A stretch of 64,000 nt of DNA from Candidatus Cloacimonadales bacterium (GCA_963677495.2 CAXXOU010000004.1:992001-1056000); one strand, 5' to 3'. Shown: positions 41,424-52,823, numbered from the stretch's first letter. The notes: a model not told the origin generated them from the letters alone. A program made the numbers and translations.

Positions 41424-42985
41424 TGAAATACTATCGCTCACATGTCCTTATCGGTATTAATGATAATGCATTAAAAGCGGGAGTGAAAGAGTTTGAAACT
41501 GCTCTCCGTAATGAAATTGCAAATAAGAATCTTCAGGATGAGATTAATCTCCTTGAAACAGGCCCTCTCGGTTTCTTCGGAAAGGGAATCTGTATTACTG
41601 TATATCCAGAGAACATTCAGTACACTAATGTTAAAGTTGAAGACATTCCTGAATTAGTTGAGAGTCATTTCCTCAAAGGTCGTCCTGTAAAAAGACTTAT
41701 GTTTGAAGAGTCTCTTAAAGGCGAAGTTAACTTCAACTATGACAACCGTATCGTACTTAAAAACTCAGGTATTATTGATCCTGAGAACATAGAAGAGTAT
41801 ATTGGAGCCGGTGGATACATGGCTCTTGAGAAAGCTCTCCTTGAGATGAAACCTAACGACGTTATTGATGTTGTAAAAGCTGCTGCCCTTCGTGGTCGTG
41901 GTGGTGCCGGTTTCCCTACAGGTCTAAAATGGAGCTTTACTGCACCTATCGAAGCTGACCAAAAATTTATTGTTGTTAATGCTGACGAAGGTGAACCGGG
42001 AACTTTCAAAGATCGTTTGATCATGGAAGGTGACCCACATATACTCCTTGAAGGTATCGCACTGGCTGCTTATGCAGTAGGCGCATCTAAAGCTTTCATC
42101 TACATTCGTGGTGAATATAAACTTTGTATTGAAAGACTCAGAAAAGCTATCCTTCAGGCAAACGAATATGGCCTCCTCGGAAACAACATTTTTGAGTCAG
42201 ATTTCAGTTTAGAGATTGACATCAAAGTGGGTGCTGGAGCTTATGTTTGCGGAGAAGAAACAGCCCTTATCGAATCACTCGAAGGTAATCGTGGACATCC
42301 ACGTTGGAAACCACCATTCCCAGGAGTTGAAGGTGTTTGGCAGAAGCCTACAGTTGTTAACAACGTAGAAACTCTTTCAAACGTTCCTTACATTGTAAAG
42401 AATGGTGCTGAAGCTTACCTTGCTCATGGACCTGCTAAGAGTTCAGGTACTAAAGTTTACACACTTATGGGTGACATTGCACGCCCAGGTCTTTGCGAAG
42501 TTGATATGGGTACTCCATTACGTACAATCATCAATGAATTTGGTGGTGGTATGAAGAAAGGTATCAAGTTCAAAGCTGCTCTCGTTGGTGGTGCTGCAGG
42601 TGTATTCTTGTCAGATCGCTTACTTGACGTAAACATGGACTTTGAAAGCTTACAAGAATATGCAGCAGTACTCGGTTCAGGTGCTATCCTTGTGATGAAC
42701 GAGAACACAGACATTGTTGATATGCTCTGGTCAGTTCTTCGTTTCTTCCGTCATGAATCATGCGGAAAATGCTCACCATGTAAACTTGGAACAGCTTTAC
42801 TTTATGACTTAATCACTAAGATTAAGAAAGGTGAAGGAACAATGGCTGATCTTGACGAAATGGTTAAGATCGCTGACATGATGCAGAAGACATCTTTCTG
42901 TGCTCTTGGTCAATCTCCGATTATGCCTATAAAGAGTGCGCTTGATAACTTCCGTTACGAATTCGAAGCAAGATTAAATAAATAG
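41423..42985 (+). CDS. hndC: Hydrogenase NuoF-like FMN/NADH subunit (HndC/HydB), short form
   Basis: LRGRGGAGFPTG, NADEGEPGT, GAYVCGEE, ESCGKCSPC..C. Confidence 0.92.
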   Translation: MKYYRSHVLIGINDNALKAGVKEFETALRNEIANKNLQDEINLLETGPLGFFGKGICITVYPENIQYTNVKVEDIPELVESHFLKGRPVKRLMFEESLKGEVNFNYDNRIVLKNSGIIDPENIEEYIGAGGYMALEKALLEMKPNDVIDVVKAAALRGRGGAGFPTGLKWSFTAPIEADQKFIVVNADEGEPGTFKDRLIMEGDPHILLEGIALAAYAVGASKAFIYIRGEYKLCIERLRKAILQANEYGLLGNNIFESDFSLEIDIKVGAGAYVCGEETALIESLEGNRGHPRWKPPFPGVEGVWQKPTVVNNVETLSNVPYIVKNGAEAYLAHGPAKSSGTKVYTLMGDIARPGLCEVDMGTPLRTIINEFGGGMKKGIKFKAALVGGAAGVFLSDRLLDVNMDFESLQEYAAVLGSGAILVMNENTDIVDMLWSVLRFFRHESCGKCSPCKLGTALLYDLITKIKKGEGTMADLDEMVKIADMMQKTSFCALGQSPIMPIKSALDNFRYEFEARLNK

Positions 42986-43001
42986 ATTATGGAGGAAAAT
43001 A

Positions 43002-44783
43002 ATGGCTGATATGGTTAAAGCCTTAATTGATGGTATTGAAGTAGAAGTAGAACAGGGAACTACTATTATTGAAGCCGCTGCTAAAGCTGGTATTCATGTT
43101 CCTCAGTTATGCTACCACCCGGACTTACCACCTACAGCTAACTGTGGTGTATGTGTTGTTGAGATTGATAGATCTCCTCTTAAAAGAGCATGCTGCACAC
43201 CACTCGCAAATGGAATGGTTGTAAAAACTAATTCTAAAAAGCTTAGAGAGTATCGTAAAACTCTCGTTGAACTTATCCTTGCAAACCACGAAGTTGTATG
43301 CCCAACTTGTGAAGCAAACAACAAATGTAACTTGCAGTCACTTGCGAACAACCTTCATTGTGACATGCATAATATTCCTAACATGCAGAAGAAACGTGCT
43401 ATAGATGAAGCAAGTCCTTCTATCGTTAGAGATATGAACAAATGTATTGCTTGTGGACGTTGTGTTACTGTATGTAACGACATCCAGCAGGTTTATGCTT
43501 TAACATTCTCAGATCGTGGTTTCAAAAGCATTGTTACTACTCCATTTGATAAAGGTATGGCAGATAGCCCATGTGTTAACTGTGGTCAGTGTACTGTTTA
43601 CTGTCCTACAGGCGCACTTCGTGAAAAGAATGACATCGACCGTGTTTGGGATGCATTACTTGATCCTGAAAAACACGTTATCGTTCAAGAAGCTCCATCA
43701 ATCCGTGTTGCTCTTGCTGAAGAGTATGGAATGGAGCCTGGTCTTGCTACACCTGGTAAGATGTATGCAGCTCTTAAAGCTATCGGTTTCGATTCAGTTA
43801 TGGATACAAACTTCACAGCTGACCTTACTATCCTCGAAGAGGGTACTGAGCTTGTAAACAGAGTTAAAGAAGGTGGAAAACTTCCATTAATCACATCCTG
43901 TTCACCAGGTTGGGTTAAATTCATGGAAACTTACTATCCACATTTAGCCGGTAATGTTTCTACTGCCAAATCACCAATGTCAATGTTTGGTGCTCTTGCT
44001 AAAACTTACTATGCAGATACAAACAAAATCGATCCTGCAACTATCGTAAGTGTAGCTGTTATGCCTTGTACTGCTAAGAAATTCGAAGCTCAGCGTCCTG
44101 AACTTTCTGACTCAGGTTATCAGGATACTGACTTAGTTCTCACTACTCGTGAATTCATCAGAATGATTGACGAATGTGGTGTTGACTTCAAGAATATCGA
44201 ACCAATTCATGCTGATGAAGGTATGAGTTTCTACACTGGTGCAGGTACTATCTTTGGTGCTACAGGTGGTGTTATGGAAGCTGCTCTTCGTTCTGCTTGG
44301 AAACTTATCACAGATACAGAACTTGAGAATGTAGAGATTGCTGCAGTACGTGGTATGGAAGGAGTAAAAGAAGTTACTCTAGATATCCCTGGACTCGGAC
44401 CTGTAACATTCGCAGTTGCTCATGGTCTTGGTAATGCAAGAAAGATTATGGATAAAGTATCTAAACAGCTTGCTGAAACAGGTAAATCAGACTACACATT
44501 CATCGAAATCATGGCATGTAACGGTGGTTGTGTTGGTGGTGGTGGTCAGCCATTCGGTTCAGACATCGCTCGCCGTGCTCGTCGTGGACAAGGACTCTAT
44601 CAAGAAGATAGAGAACTTCCAAATCGTCGTTCACATGAGAACCCTGAAGTTGCTAAACTATATGCAGAGTATATTACTGACGGACCTTGCTCAGCTAAAT
44701 CACATAAGCTTCTTCATACAAATTACTTCGAACGCTCAGTTTATAGCGGTGAAGCAGTTAAAGAAGCTACACACAAACATTAA
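43002..44783 (+). CDS. hndD: [FeFe]-hydrogenase catalytic subunit, group A (HndD/HydA)
   Basis: H-cluster motifs TSCSPGW, MPCTAKKFE, EIMACNGGCVGGGGQP; N-terminal [2Fe-2S], His-[4Fe-4S] and two [4Fe-4S] motifs. Confidence 0.97.
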   Translation: MADMVKALIDGIEVEVEQGTTIIEAAAKAGIHVPQLCYHPDLPPTANCGVCVVEIDRSPLKRACCTPLANGMVVKTNSKKLREYRKTLVELILANHEVVCPTCEANNKCNLQSLANNLHCDMHNIPNMQKKRAIDEASPSIVRDMNKCIACGRCVTVCNDIQQVYALTFSDRGFKSIVTTPFDKGMADSPCVNCGQCTVYCPTGALREKNDIDRVWDALLDPEKHVIVQEAPSIRVALAEEYGMEPGLATPGKMYAALKAIGFDSVMDTNFTADLTILEEGTELVNRVKEGGKLPLITSCSPGWVKFMETYYPHLAGNVSTAKSPMSMFGALAKTYYADTNKIDPATIVSVAVMPCTAKKFEAQRPELSDSGYQDTDLVLTTREFIRMIDECGVDFKNIEPIHADEGMSFYTGAGTIFGATGGVMEAALRSAWKLITDTELENVEIAAVRGMEGVKEVTLDIPGLGPVTFAVAHGLGNARKIMDKVSKQLAETGKSDYTFIEIMACNGGCVGGGGQPFGSDIARRARRGQGLYQEDRELPNRRSHENPEVAKLYAEYITDGPCSAKSHKLLHTNYFERSVYSGEAVKEATHKH

Positions 44784-44803
44784 TCAATTACTGATTATAG
44801 ATG

Positions 44804-44832
44804 AAGGGCTACCCGATTGGGTAGCCCTTTTT
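44804..44832 (+). terminator. Intrinsic terminator after the hydrogenase operon
   Basis: AAGGGCTACCC-gatt-GGGTAGCCCTT followed by TTT. Confidence 0.88.
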
Positions 44833-45001
44833 GTTTATAATGCCATTTTATTTCGTCAAGCGATTAGCTACTTAATAGAGACTTTCACCTTAATTAGCAA
44901 TCATTTAACTCTCCATATGTATTGTTTTAAACTTGACAAAAAAGTTTTAAACAAACTTTATATAGTTAGTAAATATATGGCATAATATTTAGGAGGAAAG
45001 A

Positions 45002-48000
45002 ATGAGGTATCTATTATTTATTGCTATTTTTGTTATTATCTCAGCTAATATTTTTGCAGATGGTACACAACCAAACGGTTTGGGAACAGAAAGCAATCCC
45101 TATCAAATTGCAACATTGGATAACCTACTCTATTTAAGTACTAACAGTTCAATGTGGGGAAGTGGAATCTTCTTTGAACAAACAGCTGATATTGATGCAT
45201 CAAGTACGAATACTTGGAATGCTGATGCAGGTTTCAGTCCTATTGGTTCTAGCACTAACAAATTTGCCGGAACTTATGATGGTGGGGGATATGAGATTAG
45301 TAATATTACAATTAACAGATCTACACAAAGTGGTGCAGGTCTCTTTGGTTACACTAATAATGCAGAGGTTTATAATACACATTTGATTAACGCCAACATC
45401 ACAGCCTTAGCTGAAGCAGGTTGCTTAATCGGAGGCAAAAGAAATACTGATGTTGAAAACTGCTCTGCAACTGGAAGCGTAATAGTAACTCATTTATCCA
45501 ACGGAAATTCATATGTCGGAGGCTTGATAGGTAGGAACGAAGTATTTGAAGATCAAACATCAAATGTTTTTAGATGCTTCTCAGATGTTGATGTTAATGG
45601 AACTGGAAAGAAATGCGGGGGGTTGATAGGTAATGTCCGTGCCGGTTGGTCGGGTTATGGTACCGGAACAATACTTATCAAAGATTGTTTTGCGATGGGA
45701 GATGTATCAGGTAATGAAGAAGTTGGGGGATTTACAGGCTATCAGGATACACCTATAGGAACAGGTAGTGTAAACATCACTAATTGCTATTCAAGCGGTA
45801 ATGTTACAGGAAATACTCTTACCGGTGGATTCATGGGTTATAACCAATCTGCTGTACTCACAGCTTGTTTTTGGGATTCGGTTAATTCAGGACAAACATC
45901 AAGTGCAGCCGGAATAGGTAAAACAACTACTGAAATGCAGACACTCTTAACTTATACAGATGCAGGTTGGGATTTTGAAATTGAAACTAATAATGGTAGT
46001 GATGATTATTGGGATATGGATTTGTCGGGATCATACAACTCAGATATCCTTACCTTGCATGGGAAGATGGTACAAATCAATCATTAACTCAACCAACTAT
46101 TACGATTGGAGATGCAACTAATATTACAGTAGATTCTGCAACAATTAATGGAACTATTAATCCTAACTTCCTTGAAACAAATGTATGGTTCGAATATGGA
46201 CTTACCACAAGCTACGGAAACCAAATTGAGATTGCATCAAATCCTGTTAATGGTAATAGTGTTATTTCTATATCATCCTATATATCTAGCCTTCAAGATT
46301 ACTCAGAATATCATTATCGAGTAAAAGCTGTGAACACATTAGGTACTTTTTATAGTGTAAACAACTCATTTACTACTGATGCTCTTTTCTCCGGATTAGG
46401 AACAGAAGCATCTCCATTTGAGATAAATGATTTCGATGATTTAGTTTTACTCTGTGAAAATGACACTTATTGGGATTCACACTTCATTCAAACAGCCGAT
46501 ATTGATGCAAGTATTACTCAATATATTGGTGGACCTGAATATACTCCAATAGGCGCATCTATTAATCCGTTTACTGGTTCATATGATGGAGATGGATATT
46601 CCATAAATTCATTGAATATTGATATAGGAACATCTTGGTACGGTGGTTTATTTGCTGTGACTTCAGGGGCTATCATTCAAAATCTGCATTTAACTGATTA
46701 TTCACTTCATGGATCTCAATCCATTGGTGGTATAATTGGATTAACTCAGTGGGAAGCAACATCCATTACAAACTGTTCAGTGGATGGAGAGATTCATGGT
46801 ACTTATTATGTAGGTGGAATTATTGGGCAGAGTTCTTCAAGCACAAATATAATAGATTGCACAGTTAATGCCATATTGTATACTATCCAATATGGGGGAG
46901 GACTTGTTGGTAAAGGAACAGCTGATGTTGACAATTGTCAATGCGATATAGAATTCCCACATGGATCTTATAATCAGTTTTCATACTTGGGGGGATTAAT
47001 TGGTTGGGCTCAGGGAGCAACAATTGATGATTCAAGTTGTAGTCTCTATGCAAACGCTCCTAATGTCTATTACATAGGGGGATTAATTGGTTGGGCAGAT
47101 ATCGGAAATATTGTTTCAAACTGTAATGCAAATGTAAACATTATCAATGCTTATGCAAGATGTGGAGGGGTTGTTGGGTATAATAATGCTTCAGGCTTTT
47201 ATAATTGCTATTCTGTTGGTTTTGTACAAGGTAGCTCCACAATCGGAGGATTTGTTGGATATAATAATGGTGGTATTTCAAACTGTTACTCCGAGTGTGA
47301 AGTAACTTCAACCCAGAATCTAGGAGGATTCGTAGGTCGAAATTATGGTTTTATATCAAACTGTTATAGTTGCGGATTGCTTCAAGGCCCCGGTTCAAAT
47401 TCTAAAGGGTTTTGCTATCTCAATGAAAACACAATAAATGACTGTTATTGGAATACTGAAACAAGTGGAATGCTTACAAGTGATGGAGGAATAGGTTTAT
47501 CTATCTCAGAAATGCGAGATATGATAACATTCACAGATGCAGGCTGGGACTTTGTAGGTGAAAGCACTAATGGTGATGAGGATATCTGGAATATTGACCC
47601 TGATTTCAACAACGGGTATCCATATCTAAATTGGCAGGAAGTTTCATATCCTCCTGATACAGGTGAAATGCTTATTTCAGAGATTTCTGATAACCTGAAT
47701 ACTGAAGATGGTTCAACAGGTTTCATTGAACTTTACAATAACTCTCCATTCTCCGTAGATATAAGTGGTTATTTGATTAGAAGAGGAAGCAATGGAGGTA
47801 CTTTTGTAACAGATGGGAATCAGTATGAAATACCTGCAAACACAATTCTATCTTCTCGAACTCGGTTGTTAATCGGTAATGGTGCTGATGAGTTAGCATT
47901 TAAAACTGCATGGGGAATAGATGATGATGTTTTCTATCTTGCAGGAGATTCAGCTCTAGATATTGCCAATGGTTATGCATATCAACTTTGGAATCCCAAT

Positions 48001-48744
48001 GTTAGAGCACAGAATATTGATGAATCTCCTAATGTGAATGCTAATGAACATATTATCCAACAGACACCGGGGGTATGGTCTGCTCCTGACTTACCTGAGA
48101 ACTCAACTCCTGGTGAAAATAGTGGAGGTCAAACCTTACCTGTTACTCTTTCAAGCTTCACAGCAGTTCAGACAGATAATGGTTCTGCAATGATAGAGTG
48201 GATAACCCAATCTGAAGCTAATACAGCCGGTTTCAATGTTCTAAGAAACACTGTGGAAGATGAACTCAGCACTGTAATGGTTAATGGAACATTGATAGCA
48301 GGTACTAACACTTCTACAGAACAACACTACTCCTTCACAGATGAAGAAGTAGAACTCGATACTGAGTATTTCTATTGGCTTGAAAGTGTTGATTTCAGTG
48401 GAACAGTAACTCATTTTGGTCCTGTATCAATCAAGATAGAATCGGAAGAACCGGGAGATGAGATACATGAGATTATCTATACAACGTCACTTAATAACTT
48501 ATATCCAAATCCTTTTAATCCTTTAACAACACTCTCATTCTCACTAAAAGGGGATAGTGATGTTCATATCTCTGTATATAATATCAGAGGTGAGAAGATA
48601 GAGGATGTAGTTCAAGCACCATTTGCGGGAGAACAGACTCATACAGTTACATGGGATGGGAAATCCCAACCAAGTGGTATGTACTTCTTCAAGATGAAAG
48701 CAGGGGATTACACGAAGACAATCAAAGCAATGATGATTAAATAA
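45002..48744 (+). pseudogene. Large secreted GLUG-repeat/FN3/lamin-tail protein with C-terminal sorting-type Ig domain, split by a 1-nt frameshift near 46043 (real or sequencing error)
   Basis: ORF 45002..46087 has the signal peptide and first GLUG block; 46009..48744 continues YPYLAW; one extra G restores YNSGYPYL, matching NNGYPYL later in the gene; ends with LPVTL and YPNPFNP domain. Confidence 0.8.
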
Positions 48745-48763
48745 TCAATTACTGATCATTATT

Positions 48764-48790
48764 GAAAGGCTACCGAAAAGGTAGCCTTTT
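48764..48790 (+). terminator. Intrinsic terminator after the GLUG gene
   Basis: AAAGGCTACC-gaaaa-GGTAGCCTTT then T. Confidence 0.85.
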
Positions 48791-48832
48791 CGCTTTGAGA
48801 GTACATCGATCCACCCTTGGTCGATAATTCTC

Positions 48833-48930
48833 TATCTTTAGAATGAGTCAAAGACCTTCTAAATGGTACTCTTGTTATCTCTTGTTTCGACCATTTGCAA
48901 GGTCTCGCAAGCTCAACCATTCCAAAGGTA
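48833..48930. repeat. Dispersed REPIN of the RAYT-associated family D
   Basis: ACCATTTGCAAGGTCTCGCAAGCTCAACCATTCCAAAGGT is the reverse complement of the unit flanking the RAYT; degenerate partner upstream. Confidence 0.85.
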
Positions 48931-49058
48931 AACAGAATCACACAATCAAGTTAACAAGTTCATCATAACGTGGTACGGCTTCCAGTAGGTCATCATTAAT
49001 AGCTTCTGCGATAGCTCTGATTGGTAGAGAATTATCTACTCGGCTTTCCTGATATCCA

Positions 49059-49320
49059 ACGCCCCTTTAAGGCTAAAATTATGAAGAACTCTTACTTACC
49101 ACATGCCAAGGCATGTGGCTATTGAATTTACGCCCTTTCAAGGCTAAAGAAACATTATTATTACATGGCTATTTAACAAACATCATAATTAAATATTAAG
49201 AATACATCATCTTACCAAATTTGATATAAGCTCTGAAGGAGCTATCGTTTAATAGCCCCAAGCAAAGAATGAAGCTTGGGGTTAATGAATCTCTCACGTA
49301 ACTCAGCCCTATATGGCGTA
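49059..49320. repeat. REP/REPIN-like palindromic element, family A, second locus
   Basis: Same two halves as 1483..1686 but in swapped order. Confidence 0.75.
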
Positions 49321-49428
49321 TGAAATTACAAACGCACTACCAAATCCCCATAAAAGATAGTTAGTAATAATGAGTAGGAGAAATCCTGCTTAATACTAAG
49401 TCCCAAATGGGCAAAAGTAATACTTACT

Positions 49429-49890
49429 ATGAAAGTGAATTTGATGAAACCATTCCGTTCCTTTTCAGGAAAGATGGATGAACTTGTGTACTCAGCCTTT
49501 AATGATGGCTATATCTGCTTTAGTCGTGAGTATGTGATACCTGCAACTACTGAGCAGAACACTACTATGGGAAACATTGCCGAGAACCTTGGAACTGTTT
49601 ATGATAGCTTCGATTCCGGTTGGATTGATGATTTGAAAACATACACAACTTGTTATGGAAGTGATGTAGCCGGAAAGACTAAGCGTCATCCATCATTCTA
49701 TGCACTGTACATGAAGATGTGGTGGGCAGTTCACAAAGATGACCCTACTATTGACCTGAAGACTGTTACCTTTGGAGATATCCAAATTCTTGATATCGGA
49801 ATCCAAACTATTAAGGATGCAATTGATAATGGTTTTCTGCCTGAAGTCAGCAAGTATAATGACCTAACCAATTCATACAATGGTTCTTAA
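49429..49890 (+). CDS. Conserved hypothetical 153-aa protein, paralogue of 928..1389
   Basis: Identical length; shared VYDSFDSGW.DDLKTYT and KMWW.VHKDDPTIDLKTVTF. Confidence 0.85.
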   Translation: MKVNLMKPFRSFSGKMDELVYSAFNDGYICFSREYVIPATTEQNTTMGNIAENLGTVYDSFDSGWIDDLKTYTTCYGSDVAGKTKRHPSFYALYMKMWWAVHKDDPTIDLKTVTFGDIQILDIGIQTIKDAIDNGFLPEVSKYNDLTNSYNGS

Positions 49891-49898
49891 TCGTCTAC

Positions 49899-49960
49899 GC
49901 TCCCTTCGGGGAGCATTTACTTTTATCTTGCAAAAAAGCTCCCACTGAAATGGGAGCTTT
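49899..49960. terminator. Two hairpins between convergent genes
   Basis: GCTCCC-ttcg-GGGAGC and AAAAAAGCTCCCA-ctgaaa-TGGGAGCTTT. Confidence 0.75.
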
Positions 49961-49995
49961 AATCTATTGATAATGCTTTAAACACTAACTATTCT

Positions 49996-52386
49996 TTAAT
50001 ACTTGTGATGCCTGCTCTTATTGCGTTCCTTTGAACGGAAGCTTGAGCGGGAATCTGAGCCTCTTCGGGAGTCAGAACGTGAACCGTAACGAGATCCGGA
50101 ACGGGAGTCAGAGCTTGGACGTCTATCTCCTCCATCTCTATTATCTCTTCTGTCTCTACCACCATCTCGTCTTCCACCTCTTCCGCCTTTATAACCTCTA
50201 CGTTCTCTTACAACCGGTTTTGGTGGGTAGTATGGATTACGAGGATCATTAGGATTGAAATCGGAATTAGCTCTATCAGGATTGGCGTTTTTCTGAGTCA
50301 GGTAGATATCGTCAGTGATTCTATCAATGATAGCTTCAATTGTATCACCAAGTCTTATAATCTTAGAACCACGGTTCTGTCTCAGTTGATAGTAACGAGG
50401 GTCAAAGTCAAATGGACCTGCTTTCAGATTTCGTTCTTCAAGCACTGCTTTAACGGGCTCATCAAAGAGCTTCACGATAACTTTGTTCTTGTTAAGCTCA
50501 ATCACTTTACCTTTGAGAGTATGACCGATATACTTCTTCATATAGGAACGAACAAGTCTATTTGTAATCTCTCTTTCAGTCTCATCAGCTAAGTTCTCCT
50601 GCTCAGTACATGTCTTTGCATAGAAACCGAGTTGTGCAGATGAGAACTTCTCAACCTTATCAGAATTTAGAATCTGTTTCAACTGAGTATGCACAATCAA
50701 ATCAGAGAAACGACGGATAGGGGATGTGAAGTGGGTATATGATGATATAGCAAGCCCGAAATGGGGTTTGCATTCAGTTATATACATCGCACGTTTCATG
50801 CTCCTGAGAACCATCATATCAAAGACATCATGCATTCCTTGTTCATCAACCTGGTCCAAAGCATTCTGCAATGAAATACTCAGCTTAGAATGACTTTTCA
50901 TCTGGATATTATACGCCTTGAAAACTGATTTTAACTTCTCAATTCTCTCCTCATCCGGCATATCATGAACACGATATATTGATGTCTTCATGTTCTTCTT
51001 GAGCCTTCTTGCAACAAGCTCATTAGCAAGCAACATTGCGTTCTCAATCATCTGATGCGAGATTGTCTCACTCTCTTCATAGATTGATGAGATGTTACTT
51101 TCATCATCAAACTTAAAGTTAGTTTCAGGTAAGTTCAGTTGCAGGTATCCCTGCTTAACACGCTTCTCTTGCAAGATAAGTGAGAGTTCCTTAAAAGCTA
51201 TAAGAGCTTGATCAAGTTCATCACCAAATGTTGGTTCCTCTTTGTCGAGGAATGCGTCCACTTCTTCATAGTTAAATCTATAATTGGATTCAATGACTGC
51301 TTCAGTCACGAACTGATTGATAATATTTCCCTGCATATCCAATTTGAAGTAACAGGATACAACATTCTTTTGCTCCTGAGGGCGCAAACTACATGTTTTA
51401 TTGGATAAAATCTCTGGAAGCATAGGAATAACTTGTTTTGGAAAATAGAAGCTATTACCACGCTTAGATGCTTCTTTGAAGATAGCACTTTCAGGAGTAA
51501 CATATTCAGCCACATCAGCGATATGAACATAAAGCTCGAAACAATTATCTACTTTAGCAATAGAAATTGCATCATCAAAGTCTTTTGCGGTAACCGGATC
51601 TATTGTGAAGGTCAGGATATCAGTAAAATCTTTTCTACGACCTTCAGGGTGGGGAGGAGGAGGGTTAAAACCATGAATCTCCTTTAAAACCGGAGCAGGG
51701 AAAGTGAGGGAGAGGTTGTATTGTTTCACAACCGCAAGGAAGTCCGTCTCAGGATTCCCGCTCATTCCTAAATCCTCTTTCACGATTCCAATTGGCAATC
51801 TACTATACTTTCTGTTTCCCCATGACTTAACTTTAATCAGAACTTTATGTCCATGATTTATGTTGTCACCTTCAAGCTCAAAGTAAGTATGTATCTTTGC
51901 TGAATCAGGGATAAAGAAACTCTTATCACCGATATTAACAATATCGCCTGTAAGCGTTTCAAAGCGTCTTTTCTTAACTTCCAAGACTCTACCAAATAGC
52001 TTTCTACCGGCACGTCTACGTTCCTCGACAAGAACTGTGTCCCCATGAAATGCATTGTAAATATCCTCAGCAGGAATGTAGTAATCACCTTTCTTAGTAT
52101 TAACAAAAGCATAAGAGTTGCTTTTCACTAGGGAAGAGGCATCGAATACACCCTCCAACACAATCGGAGCTGATTTGATTCTATTACTCATCTTCTGAGA
52201 ATAAAGGTTACCTTCATGAATAAGTCTATCTTTTCGTACGAGGGCAAAAAGGTTTTGTTTCAAGACCTTACGCTGATGTTTACCTATATCTAAAGCTTTT
52301 GCGATTTCCTCTTCGGTTAGTGATACTCCGGGATTCTTATAAAACAGGTCCAATATGGACTTAGCCATGCTTCGTTGTTCGTACAT
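49996..52386 (-). CDS. rnr: Ribonuclease R with R/S/G/D-rich C-terminal tail
   Basis: TIDPVTAKDFDDAIS, HIADV, HFGLA..YTHFTSPIRRFSDL, S1-like domain. Confidence 0.93.
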   Translation of the reverse strand: MYEQRSMAKSILDLFYKNPGVSLTEEEIAKALDIGKHQRKVLKQNLFALVRKDRLIHEGNLYSQKMSNRIKSAPIVLEGVFDASSLVKSNSYAFVNTKKGDYYIPAEDIYNAFHGDTVLVEERRRAGRKLFGRVLEVKKRRFETLTGDIVNIGDKSFFIPDSAKIHTYFELEGDNINHGHKVLIKVKSWGNRKYSRLPIGIVKEDLGMSGNPETDFLAVVKQYNLSLTFPAPVLKEIHGFNPPPPHPEGRRKDFTDILTFTIDPVTAKDFDDAISIAKVDNCFELYVHIADVAEYVTPESAIFKEASKRGNSFYFPKQVIPMLPEILSNKTCSLRPQEQKNVVSCYFKLDMQGNIINQFVTEAVIESNYRFNYEEVDAFLDKEEPTFGDELDQALIAFKELSLILQEKRVKQGYLQLNLPETNFKFDDESNISSIYEESETISHQMIENAMLLANELVARRLKKNMKTSIYRVHDMPDEERIEKLKSVFKAYNIQMKSHSKLSISLQNALDQVDEQGMHDVFDMMVLRSMKRAMYITECKPHFGLAISSYTHFTSPIRRFSDLIVHTQLKQILNSDKVEKFSSAQLGFYAKTCTEQENLADETEREITNRLVRSYMKKYIGHTLKGKVIELNKNKVIVKLFDEPVKAVLEERNLKAGPFDFDPRYYQLRQNRGSKIIRLGDTIEAIIDRITDDIYLTQKNANPDRANSDFNPNDPRNPYYPPKPVVRERRGYKGGRGGRRDGGRDRRDNRDGGDRRPSSDSRSGSRYGSRSDSRRGSDSRSSFRSKERNKSRHHKY

Positions 52387-52823
52387 TAGTGTTTGTTTCC
52401 TATGCGTTTTTCCAGGAGTTCAAGTAGGGCTTCCTTCTCTTCGCCGGTCTTTGAGAATCTAAGGTTTAAACCTCGGAAAGGATCAAGACGGTTCGGATGT
52501 CTGAAAGTACTAAGCATGATTCCACGCTTATCCATATAATAGCACTTGAAGTCCTGATACTCGCGTCTGCTATTGATAAATAGATACTTCACGTGAATAT
52601 GCGTATCGTAAAATGTATAATAAGATGGTATGAAGTAAGTGATGAGACTGAAGAACAGTATCAAAACACCAAGTAAGTAATAAAATGGCATATCCCAGTT
52701 TACTACCGCAACATTCCAAAGCATTACTGCCATTGCGATGAGGAAGAGGGAGAGAATAATTGATGTTCGTGGACGGTCGGCGAATGGCCATGACATCCAG
52801 CTTACAAGCACTTTATTCGACAT
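52386..52823 (-). CDS. Hypothetical protein with two TM helices
   Basis: Two hydrophobic stretches; overlaps the yicC stop and abuts the rnr start. Confidence 0.75.
   Translation of the reverse strand: MSNKVLVSWMSWPFADRPRTSIILSLFLIAMAVMLWNVAVVNWDMPFYYLLGVLILFFSLITYFIPSYYTFYDTHIHVKYLFINSRREYQDFKCYYMDKRGIMLSTFRHPNRLDPFRGLNLRFSKTGEEKEALLELLEKRIGNKH

Noticed and set aside
46009..46087. Programmed frameshift or phase variation at the GLUG overlap
   Set aside because: No slippery heptamer, homopolymer or short tandem repeat at the break.
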